Of a DNA stretch of 64,000 nucleotides, positions 1 to 10,129 are shown piece after piece. The stretch is from positions 55,056,001 through 55,120,000 of the forward strand of contig OZ038378.1 of assembly GCA_964036045.1 (NCBI GenBank), given 5' to 3'. The translations under genes and the position numbers were made by a program. The number at the start of each line of letters is the position of its first letter. Position 1 is the first letter of the stretch. A model generated the notes under the pieces. It searched no databases and had not been told where the DNA came from. It was given only the letters and a program-made list of their open reading frames with translations. Origin of the DNA: Eutreptiella sp. 'Long Island Sound 2002' (lineage: Eukaryota; Protista; Euglenida).

Positions 1-330
1 CCACCCCTCCAAAAAAAATCGCACCAAGTTTACAGTGACAGTGTACAGCAACAGTGTACAATGACAGTGTACAGTGAGAGCATACAGTAAGTGTAGACTG
101 ACAATGTAGCGTGCTACTGTAGAGTCTTGGCCGTTGTGGCGGACATACTTTGTGTGGGGATACATTCTATGACACCTTGGGGAGTATAGTGTACAAAGTA
201 CAGTGTACAGAGTACAAAGTACAGTGTACAGTGTACAGTGACAATGTACAGTGACAATGTATAGTGACAGTGTGCATTGTGCAGTGTGCAGTGTGCAGTG
301 TGCAGTGCAGACTATATGTTAGTGTGCATC
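1..330. repeat. Low-complexity GTGACA/GTGTACA/GTGCA satellite
   Basis: Degenerate tandem units such as acagtgtacaatgacagtgtac and cagtgtg; same family as 5430-8030. Confidence 0.85.
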
Positions 331-420
331 CCAAATTTTTTTTGTGTATCCTGTGTATTCCAAAAAAGAATGTTGTGTATCTGGTGTGTATCCCAAAATT
401 TTTTTTTGTGTATCCGCAAC
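331..420. repeat. TGTGTATCC-motif repeat, left part (resumes at ~5300-5400)
   Basis: Repeated tgtgtatcc..aaaatttttttgtgtatcc units; the same motif resumes in direct orientation after the hAT region. Confidence 0.65.
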
Positions 421-548
421 AGGGGGTCCCATATGGAGAGTCACAGCCTCTGTCGTACTTCTGTCATGGGTCGTTACGCGTTCATTTTTGAAAAAAATTT
501 TCATGCCCCAGTCTATAGACCCCCCTTGCGCGCTACCTGGATCAAAAA

Positions 549-621
549 GCGGTCGCATCTGAGTTGGTGCATGCAATTGCTTTAAGTCTTGAGGTCCCGG
601 GTTCAATACCCGGTTGAGGCA
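549..621 (+). other. Degenerate tRNA-like sequence (intact T-arm/B-box)
   Basis: gaggtc-ccggg-ttcaata-cccgg-ttgaggc-a gives a perfect 5-bp T-stem with 7-nt loop; acceptor and D stems pair poorly. Confidence 0.35.
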
Positions 622-826
622 TACTACTGCTAAACCTCCCAGGGATGCATTGTCTTTTTTGTGATACCTGTTTGTGGCCTGTTTGTCGTGTTGATTGTGG
701 ACAGTGTAGAGATGAGATGCAGTGACAATTGACACTGTGTTCTCTATAGGAATCACAACAGCAGCTCAACGTGACTAAGTCCGTGGCAGACAACAACCCT
801 CTCCGCCTCGCTGCACAACAACTCTC

Positions 827-1769
827 ATGAAGCAAACTGCATTAACCCTGGTGCCAAGGCAACCCTCTGCAATAGATCCTGCTGCATTTGCTGCTGCTTC
901 CATTGGCGACCCCCCTATGCCTCCCATGAAGAAGCGACGCATTGCAGCAGGTCAGCCGGAGCACATGCGGAAGAAGGAGCGCCAGAGGTTATTTCAGCAC
1001 AGTTGGAAACAGGGCAGGCCATGGCTGATGTATGATGAGCAGCACGGCATGTGGTGGGCGTAATGTCATGCACGCCGCAATGCTGGAGCTGTGGCTGGAC
1101 CTGCACAACGCCGCAATGCCCTCATGGAGCCAACAAAGGTGTATCGTTTTCGGAACGTCAAGGATCATGGTGATCACAACTATCATTTAGCTGCTGAGGC
1201 ATTGGCAGCTCGCGTGGTGACCACCGCCGCTAATCTACCAATCCAATTGCCTGCCAGTGTACTCCACTTTCCGAGCAATCGCCACAGACAAGGTTAAAGT
1301 GGGCAATTCACAGTGGCTGGGGACTGCATGGCGCCTTTGGATAGGAACTGAGTTCATTGACATCATTGGGGAGAGTGGGGCCATGCCCGACGAGGACAGG
1401 GATACCACTGCTGTTGAGACCACCATTGAGAAGTTGTTCAACCATCATGGGATTACAACCTGGCTTGATGCTGCTGTGGTGGCCATAACTGTTGATGGGG
1501 CTTCAGTGCTCCTATCTGTGTTGTGTGACAAGTTTAAAAAGAAAGCGCCCACTGCAATGCCAGTGTACTGTGCACCGCACCGAACACAACGAGTGGATGC
1601 AGATGTAACTCAAGTCCAAAAGGCCGACCACAGTGACACCAATGCCATGACTGTACGCAAGGGAGCAATGCGATTGGACAACATGCTATCATGCACAGCA
1701 AAGTTCTTCAATGTCAGCACGAAGCGCTGGGCAGGGTTGCGCCGTACTGCCAATACCATGGGGTACCAC
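827..1769 (+). pseudogene. hAT-superfamily transposase, N-terminal part (ZnF-TTF-like region plus first catalytic motifs), disrupted
   Basis: RLFQHSWKQGRPWLMYD..YRFRNVKDHGDHNYH resembles ZnF_TTF; TVDGASV and YCAPHRTQ match hAT DGA and CxxH motifs. Stop at 1061-1063 and a frameshift near 1260. Confidence 0.7.
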
Positions 1770-1946
1770 ATTGGGGTGCGCCGCTGGAAGCGCTCCGCCG
1801 GAAACCCCCCCCATTTTGGCACACATGGTGGGTGGAGGTTACCATTAGACATTCACTCGGGGTGCAAATATGTTGTGTATGGTGTTTGTTTGTGGTGGAA
1901 ACAAGGTGTACTGTTGCCCGGGTGCTTAATTTAAGATAGGTTCAAA

Positions 1947-2115
1947 ACCGCTGGAACCCCCGCTGGAACCCCTTCCAGCACTCCGCTCGAAGGGGGGTTC
2001 CAGCGCTAGAAGGGGGGGGTTCCAGCGCTGGAAGGGGGGGTTCCAGCGCTGGAAGGGGGGGGGTTCCAGCGCTGGAAGGGGTTCCAGCGGGGGTTCCAGC
2101 GGGGGTTCCAGCACC
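1947..2115. repeat. Subterminal palindromic repeats (ccagcgctggaagggggggtt) of the TIR element
   Basis: Tandem ~20-22-bp units built from GGAACC/GGTTCC and CCAGCGCTGG; similar copies at ~4045-4120. Confidence 0.8.
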
Positions 2116-2210
2116 GATTCTAGGCACACTACATCCCCTAGGCACAGTACATCCACTGCCCTCATGCGTGCACCACATTTCTCACATTGTTGTGTTAGCA
2201 TAGCTTCATC

Positions 2211-3956
2211 ATGAAGTGGTCGGACTTTCCGGTCCTTGCATCATGGCTTGACAAGGCCAAGGGCTTCGTGGGGACGCGTGGATATGCAGCCCCTGTTGGT
2301 TGTGAACTAGAATCCCTCACAGCCGCAACCACAGGTGCCGCCGTTTTTTTCAAGCCCACCACCACCGTTGGTCGTGTTCAAGTCAAGGGGTCCATCATGC
2401 ATGACCGGCAGCCGCGCGTGGTGAGCGATTACATCGCCGAGGTCATGGGCAAGAACCCCCACGTCCCCATCTCCCAGTTCACCCTTTCCCCCAAGGACCA
2501 AGAGGATTTGGACCTCATCATCACCTGCAGGCTCCCCACCGACTCCAACGGCACTTTGAAGCTCCATGTGGGGGACGACCAGTCCGGTGACGTCCTCTTT
2601 GCTAGGAGGCGCCCCACGAGCAAGAAGCTGGGCAAGGACAATTATTTACTCCCCCAACCGACCACCCACACGCTCCGCTCCCTCTCCCTCAAAGACGCAC
2701 ACAGGCAGATCCCAATCTACTCTTTGCCCACGTCCAAGCAATTGCAATGGAAACCCGACGACCGCTTTGGCCTTACCACTCCCACCATGATGTCCACTAC
2801 CGACGCGGAGCCCTTCTTACCCTTTCCTATGTGGCACCCCCTTCCATTGATTGGCAGTAACGAGAAGGTTGTTCGTGGCCCTGCAACTGGTACCGCCACG
2901 AACGAGAACCCCAATGCCATCTCGGACTTTGGGCTTTGCCGCTACCGTGGTATTTTTGCCGACTCCCCGGTCCACAGTGCCACCAAGGACGAGTGCCTCA
3001 CCATTCCGGGCCAGAAGTGGGGATCACTTTTCAACGACAATGCGCCGGCTCCAGGCCGTGCACAAGACAGCCCCGGTAGAAGTGCCTGCTACAGTCGTTT
3101 GGGATTGCCACTACCAGATGGAGAGGGAGATGGAGAGATTCTAGTTCCATTGGATCATGTCCTTGCGAATGTTCGCTGGGGCTCATTCTTGCGCACTATC
3201 AAGACGGATCGTCGGGTAGGAGATGTGGTCCATGGTGCTTGCCGAGTGACCAACGCTTTCAAAAAACGGTTGTGTGATGATATTGCACGGTGGTTGGTTG
3301 GTGTAGTTGGCCAGCGTGCCATGGCTCGCGAATTTCATGAAATTTGGGCCGAGTTGCTGCATGAGGCCCGCTCTATTCCTGCCGCGGAGCGCAAGGAGCT
3401 TCTCCCTCGAAAGGCAAAGGAGGGAACGTTTGACATCAGCACTGCTCGACTTCTTTGGGACCGACCCACATTTCACCAACGGCTTATCTCAGCCCTCCAA
3501 ACCCACTTTCCAACTGCTTGCAACGGTGTATGTATGTATGTTCTAGTTGTTGTTTTTTTGCGCGATTTTTGTGCACTTCAAAAGCTATGGCGTAAGAAGG
3601 AACCCGTAACAGATGTTGAGGTGGCGTCTGCCAAAACTTTGTGCCAAAGCATTGGCACATGTTGGCAAGCGTTGGGTTGGAAGCCCACACCATGGGTCCA
3701 TTGGACTGTGGCCCATTCCCACTACTTCCTTGCCAAATATCGCACGTTATATTTGTTTTCAAGTGTGCCGGCCGAACACCGGCACCGCCGATTCAAGGTA
3801 CAGGTGAAAAACTCCATGCGTGGATGGTCGCTGCAAAAGCCCCGTGTGTCAAAACGGGGCTTGCGCCATGTCCTCAACATGGAGACCATGCAAATTGGCT
3901 TGCGTCACTATGTTGCACGCAAGGGTCATGCATTTTTGAAACGACAACGCCGTTGA
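2211..3956 (+). CDS. Putative RAG1/Transib/Chapaev-like DDE transposase, 581 aa, uninterrupted ORF
   Basis: DVVHGACRV (aa 338-346) resembles RAG1 DALH. HWTVAH (aa 497-502) followed by E522 gives HxxxxH-x19-E, the same spacing as RAG1 H937/H942/E962. The ORF lies between TIRs. The first two catalytic aspartates and the CxxC were not identified. Confidence 0.65.
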   Translation: MKWSDFPVLASWLDKAKGFVGTRGYAAPVGCELESLTAATTGAAVFFKPTTTVGRVQVKGSIMHDRQPRVVSDYIAEVMGKNPHVPISQFTLSPKDQEDLDLIITCRLPTDSNGTLKLHVGDDQSGDVLFARRRPTSKKLGKDNYLLPQPTTHTLRSLSLKDAHRQIPIYSLPTSKQLQWKPDDRFGLTTPTMMSTTDAEPFLPFPMWHPLPLIGSNEKVVRGPATGTATNENPNAISDFGLCRYRGIFADSPVHSATKDECLTIPGQKWGSLFNDNAPAPGRAQDSPGRSACYSRLGLPLPDGEGDGEILVPLDHVLANVRWGSFLRTIKTDRRVGDVVHGACRVTNAFKKRLCDDIARWLVGVVGQRAMAREFHEIWAELLHEARSIPAAERKELLPRKAKEGTFDISTARLLWDRPTFHQRLISALQTHFPTACNGVCMYVLVVVFLRDFCALQKLWRKKEPVTDVEVASAKTLCQSIGTCWQALGWKPTPWVHWTVAHSHYFLAKYRTLYLFSSVPAEHRHRRFKVQVKNSMRGWSLQKPRVSKRGLRHVLNMETMQIGLRHYVARKGHAFLKRQRR

Positions 3957-4331
3957 TCGGCAAGGATGTTGTGCTGAGCAAGTCAATCCACATTGAATGT
4001 GTTTGTGCCCCCAATCCGTGTTGTTGTGAAGTTGGGGTATGTGCCGGAAGGGGGGGTTCCAGCGCTGGAAGGGGGCCTAAAAAGTCGCTGGAAGCCCGCT
4101 AGAAGGGGGTTCTAGCAGGGGTTCCAGCTTTTTTTGTGCCCCCCAGTGCTCCAAAAGGGCGGGGTGACCGGGAACGGCCAAGATTTGTACTTGCAAGGGG
4201 GTCATAGTGTAAGACATTTGGGGGTGCATTAGGTCAAGTCAACAGGTTTTGTGTAGGAAACCAAGATGTGATCAAAATTTCTGCTAGAAGGGGGGGGTTC
4301 CAGCGGAGCGCTTCCAGCGGCGCACCCCAAT

Positions 4332-4641
4332 CAATCATGGGTGTGTAAGCATGGTAGACCAGGGGAAGCGTCGACTGAAGAAGTACCGACGATTGCAGAA
4401 GACACGTTTCATGAAACGGAAACGATGGGCAGCCCAAATCTGGCTCAACAATGCACCAGCATTACAGGCATATCTCTCCGAGACCAAGTTCAATGCCAAG
4501 GCGTCGAAACAAGCAGCCGCACTGCTCAAGCGGCCGAGAGATGTGTTTATTGTTGCCGGTATGGTCGTGTATGCACGCCGGGCAACAATACTCACCACAT
4601 TGTCACTATGCACACAGGCCAGCGTGGGCAGCGGCGGATAG
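4332..4641 (+). pseudogene. hAT transposase, continuation after the insertion
   Basis: RLQKTRFMKRKRWAAQIWLNNAPALQAYL and ILTTLSLCTQ fit the post-CxxH region of ZNF862-like hAT transposases; truncated. Confidence 0.55.
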
Positions 4642-4940
4642 CATGTCGCAATTTACGGCCGTCAATACCAGATGCTGCCGAAACCTCCTCTAAGGGATAT
4701 TCGAAATCAACCAGCTCAAACATGTCCACAGAGTCTTCAAGCAGTGGTGATAGTACCAGCCAGGGTAGTGGCTCTAGTGCATCCAAATCCAACACAGACT
4801 CCTCTGAAGGGAGTTCGTTGGATGCCTTGGTGAGTGCCATGCCGTGTCAGCGCGCCAGGTCAAGCAATCCTGTCCCACAGGCTGTGCCAGCACAATTGGA
4901 ACAACATGCAACGCAAACTGCTGCCCCAACAAAATGTGCA

Positions 4941-5105
4941 AAGTTTGAAGACTTATTGGCCAAAAATCTGGTGCTTCAAGGCTATGGAACGCAGCTGAAG
5001 GCCATGGGGTACGATCGTATTGACACATTGAAGTTCATTACAGTGGACGACATGGCTGAGATGGGCATGCTAGTTGGGCATCGCCGACTTCTACTAAATG
5101 CTGTT
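4941..5105 (+). CDS. SAM (sterile alpha motif) domain at the end of ORF 4341-5153
   Basis: FEDLLAKNLVLQGYGTQLKAMGYDRIDTLKFITVDDMAEMGMLVGHRRLLLNAV matches the SAM pattern; preceded by a Ser-rich linker. Confidence 0.7.
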
Positions 5106-5429
5106 GCAGGGGTTGCTGAAGGTCCACACGGGGCAGTACACACTTCTTCATAGTGTGGCACTGTGGCATGTGGCCCAGATGTCACACAATGTCGCGGTCA
5201 CGGGGACAGAGCCATGCTCCCTATAGTATGGTCCTGTTGGGGGATTGACCAAGATGTCCGTACATGTTACGTTTCTCTCAGGTAAGTGCATGCGTACTGT
5301 AGGTGTGTTGTGATCCCGCTGTGTATCCCTAACAATCTTTTTGTGTATCCAGTGTGTATCACAAAATGTTTTTTGTGTATCCCGCCTGGCCCGGATACAC
5401 ACTATCATATAGTCTGGTGCAGTGGCAAC

Positions 5430-8030
5430 GTACAGTGCCAGAATACAGTGTACCATGTAAAGTGACAGTAGACAGTGAAAGCATTGACAGTGTACATGGA
5501 CAATATACAGTGACAGTGTACAATGACAGTGTACAGTGACAGTGTACCATGAGTGAGCGCTCAGTAAGGGCTCACTCATGGTTCACTGTCGCTGTACAGG
5601 GTCACTGCACGCTGTGTATTGCACACTGCACACTGCGCAGTGTGTATTGCACACTGCACACTGCATATTGTGTATTGCACATTGCACACTGCAGATTGTG
5701 TGTTACAAATTGCACACTGCACACTCTAATGCACATTGCACACTGTAATGCACACCGCACACCCTGTAAGGCACACGGCACACTGTGTATTGCACACTGC
5801 ACACTGCACAGTGCACCTGCAGTGTGCAATACCCAGTGTGCAGTGGCACACTGCACAGTGCAGAGTGCACCGTGTGCAGTGTGCAACACCCAGTGTGCTG
5901 TGTGCAGTGTGCAATACACAGCCCGCAGTGTGCGTTACACAACGTGTAGTGTGCAGTGTATAATGTGCACTGCACACTGTGTGCTGCACGGTGCACACTT
6001 TGTATTGCACACTGCACATTGTGTATTGCACACTGCACACTGTAATGCACACTGCACAGTGTGTCATGCACACTGCACACTGTGCATTACAAATTGCACA
6101 CTGCAAGCCGTAATGCACACTGCACGTTGTGTATTGCACACTGCACAGTGCACACGGTGTGTTACAAATTGCACACTGCACATTGCAATGCACACTGCAC
6201 ACGGTGTATTGCACACTGCACACGGCACGTTGTGTATTGCACAGTGCCCACTGCATACTGTGTATTGCACACTGCACACTGCACACTGTGTGTTACAAAT
6301 TGCACACTGCACAGTGTAATGCACACTGCACACTGCATAATACACTCTGCACACTGTGTATTGCACACTGCACACTGCACGTTGTATATTGCACACTGCA
6401 CACTGCACACTGTGTGTAGTGTGCACTACACAGGGTGTGGTATGCCGTGTGTGATGTAATCCACACTGCACACTGTAATGCACACCGCACACTGTGTCAT
6501 TTGTAATGCACACTGTGCATTACAAATTGCACAGTGGCAGCTGTAATGCACACTGCACATGGTGTATTGCACACTGCACACTGCACAGGGTGTGTTACAA
6601 ATTGCACACTGCACATTGTAATGCACACTGCACTCTGTGTATTGCACACTGCACACTGCACACTGTGTATTGCACATGCACATTGCATACTGTGTATTGC
6701 ACACTGCACACTGCACACTATGTGTCACAAATTGCACATTGCACACTGTAATGCACACTCCACACTGTGTAATACACTCTGCACACTGTGTATTGCACAC
6801 TGCACACTGCACGTTGTATATTGCACACTGCACACTGCACACTGTGTGTAGTGTGCACTACACATGGTGTAGTATGCCGTGTGTGATGTAATCCACACTG
6901 CACACTGTGTAATGCACACTGCACACTTTGTCATGCACACTACACGCTGCAGCCTGTGTATTGCACGTTGGGTATTGCACAGTGCACCGTGTACAGTGTG
7001 CAATACCCAGTGTGCATTACACAGGGTGCGGTGTGTAGTGTGCAATGTGCGGTGTGCATTACAATGTGCAGTGTGCAATTTGTAATGCACAGTGTGCAAT
7101 GTGCAGCGTGCAATAGACAGTGTGCAGTGTGCATCACAGTGTGCAGTGTGCAATACACAATGTGCAGTGTGCAATACACAGTGTGCAATGCGCAATGTGC
7201 AGCACGCAGTGTGCAGTGCGCAGTGTACACTGCGCACTACACACTGTGTAATGCACACTGCGCACTCTGTCATGCACACTGCAGACCGTACATTGCAATC
7301 GTTCGGGCGCTCAGTGTGCAGTGTGCATTACAATGTGCAGTGTGCATTACAGTGTGCAGTGTGCAATTTGTAACACACAGTGTGCCGTGTGCAGTGTGCA
7401 ATACACAGTATGCAGTGTGCAGTGTGCAATACACAGTGTGCAGTGGGCAGTGTGCAATACACAGCGTGCAGTGATAGTGTACAGTGACAATGAACCATGA
7501 GTGAGCCCTCACTGAGCGCTCACTGAGCCATTTGGCGCGCTCACAGCGCGGTTTCGCGCGCTCACTGAGCGTGCCAAATGGCGCAGCGAGCGCTCACTGA
7601 GCGCGCCAAATGCCTTAGTGAGCACTCAGTGAGGGCTCACTCATGGTACATTGTCACTGTACACTGTCCATGTCCACTGTCACTGTACACTTTCCATCTA
7701 CACTGTCAATGCTGTTACCGTCTACTGTCACTGTACATGGTACACTGTATTCTGGCACTGTGCGCTGTCACTGCACACTGCACACTGCCACTACACATTA
7801 TTAGTATACACTGTCACTGCACATTGTCATTGTACACTCTACACTGTACACTCTACACCGTACTTTGTACACTGTACTCCCCAAGGTGTCATAGAATGTA
7901 TCCGCACACACAGTACGTCCGTCACAACGGCCAAGACTCCACACTAGCACTCTACACTGTCCCTCTACACTCACTGTATGCTCTCACTGTACACTGTCAT
8001 TGTACACTGTCACTGTACACTGTCACTATA
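5430..8030. repeat. CACACTG/CAGTGTG satellite arranged as a foldback with GAGTGAGCGCTCAGT junction modules
   Basis: Orientation flips at ~5810-5960 and ~6960. The module at 5549-5590 is the inverse of that at 7487-7530; another copy lies at 7610-7650. Confidence 0.85.
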
Positions 8031-8149
8031 AACTTGGTGCGATTTTTTTTGGAGGGGGTGGTTGGTATTTTGAGCCACCCTCTTTGCAGTCCTTTAACCC
8101 GCCCCCCCCCCCCACCCCACCCCCCGCAGCTAGAGCCAGAACCCAAAGA

Positions 8150-9420
8150 ACAACTATAGCCACAATGAAAGCTGCAACTGCAGCCTTCGCCACAACCAGG
8201 GCCACACACACTGACACAACCACAACCAAATCCACACACAACACAGCTTGCAGAAACACACCCACACCCACAACCACAACCAAAGCCGCAACCACAGCCA
8301 CTACCATAACCAGACCCACAACGAGAGCTACCACAACGGCCATAGCAGCAACTGCACGCAAGCCTAGAACCACAACCACAACCACAAACACAACCATACC
8401 TGCGTCTGCAGCCGCAAACACAATGTTATGCACACAGAATCAACGCCTATGCCACACAACACCAAAACCAACAACAACATCCAAAACAACAGGTGCAACA
8501 CACACACACACACACACACACGTGCGCGTACACACATTCACGAATGCACATACACACATGAACCTAGGCAACCAGAAACCAAAGAATGCAGTCACACATT
8601 CACAAACACTCGCGCACAAAGACACCTTCACCCACGCATCGATCCATGCAACCCCCCCCCCCCACACACACAAGCAGACATACAAACACACTAAATGAGA
8701 GAAACCAAGAACGAATAAACCATTGACATTTGCGCACCTGCGCATGGGCACAACTACACACGCACGCAAGCACGCACACACACACCCACACACATAATAG
8801 CACAACATACCTGCAAAGGTCATCGTCCTGCCGCCACCATCATGCATGTGATGCCACGGCCAAAAAATAGGAAAGGCAGGACGAGGGGACGGGATAAGCA
8901 AGAGAACAAAAGGGCTACACACGAGGGAAGCAGGGGAACACAACATAGCAAAAGGGGATGGGAGGGGATAAGGAGGGAGGGGGATCAATGTGTCATGGTG
9001 TAGGTCGAGCGAGCAATGTCCTTTGTGCCCTACTTGTGCTCATTGTGTGTGTGTGTGTGTGCGTGTGTATGGGGTGGGTGGGTGCCATTGTCATGAGGCA
9101 ACAAGGAACACCCTCGCAAATGGCTAGGTTCATATCCCCGAACCCCAACCCCGTAACCATCTCTCCCTAGCCCTTCACTTCACATGGTTCAATGTGGCCA
9201 TGTGTTTATGTACACGCAAGATAATTGCACACCAGAATGAATGTAGTTGCCCATTTGTGCATGTGCATGTGTGTGTGGATGTGTGTATGGGTGTATGTGT
9301 GTGTATGTGTTTGGATATTGGTGTCCCTCACCAAATGTGTGTGTTTGGATGTTTGTGTGTTTGTCGCCACGGGTGCATGTATGCAAGTATGTATGTGTGC
9401 ATGCACGCTCAAGTTTTTGG
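8150..9420. repeat. ACAACC/ACAC and TGTG low-complexity and microsatellite tract
   Basis: Runs of acaaccac, (ca)n and (tg)n. Confidence 0.75.
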
Positions 9421-9519
9421 AGAAAAGACATGGTGAGAACTGCGGACCGATGTTGGTGGGAAAAGGGTGAAGTGTGGGCCGGCAAGGGTGGGAAGAGAGG
9501 TCGGAAAGGGGGAGAAGGT

Positions 9520-9685
9520 CCTGAGTGAGCCCTGAGTGAGTCCCACATTAGCTCTTAGTGAGCCCTCAGTGAGCGCTCAGTGAGCCATTTGGCGCGCTCA
9601 GTGAGAGCTAAGTGAGAGCTAAGTGAGAGCTAAGTGAGCCGGCTCACTGACGGCTCAGTGACGGCTCCGTCGGGCACTCAATCAA
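9520..9685. repeat. GTGAGCCCTCAGTGAGCGCTCAGT module cluster
   Basis: Same module family as 5549-5590 and 7487-7650, including (agagctaagtg)x3. Confidence 0.75.
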
Positions 9686-10129
9686 CTGAGCCGTCGCCCA
9701 AAAAAATACCCCCCCCCTTTTGAACCTTGACCAAGTGAGTATCTAAAACTTCTAAAAACAGTAAATGCACATTACCCAACATGCAAAAAGCACAACCAAC
9801 AAGCACAAAGACATTGCAATGCACAACTGAGCCCCAAATGAGCCCCAACTTCACATTTCCACTTAGCCAGTAGTGAGCCGCAGGTATAATGGATATATGT
9901 CATCCCGGCAGGGCCGCGGCTATGACCACCCCCCCATGGATAAGGCCATGTGGCTGTACAATATACCTGTTGGACATACACTGGCCCCACGCGGCCGTGC
10001 ACCCCACGGCGTCCCCACAGCGTGACGCCCATGCGCTGCCCCAACCGGAACCACAACGTGCAAGGCGAACATTATGGAGGCACGCCGCGGCGGACATGTT
10101 CCATGGCCCTCATACCAATCAAGCAACGA

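Larger units (their letters stand above)
1770..4331. mobile_element. 2.56-kb TIR DNA transposon inserted into the hAT ORF
   Basis: Left end attggggtgcgccgctggaagcgctccgccggaaaccccccc (1770-1810) is the near-perfect reverse complement of right end gggggggttccagcggagcgcttccagcggcgcaccccaat (~4292-4331). hAT coding sequence resumes immediately after. No clean TSD seen. Confidence 0.8.

Noticed and set aside
5600-7480. Numerous perfect RSS heptamers (CACAGTG/CACTGTG) close to a RAG1-like transposase
   Set aside because: Expected by chance in a CA/TG satellite; I saw no ACAAAAACC nonamer at 12/23 spacing.
5549-7512. Many Cys/His/Thr-rich ORFs that look like metallothioneins or zinc fingers
   Set aside because: They are translations of the CACACTG satellite, open in several frames on both strands.
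8000-8698. Thr-rich mucin-like ORF
   Set aside because: Produced by ACAACC low-complexity DNA; no splice or signal-peptide context.
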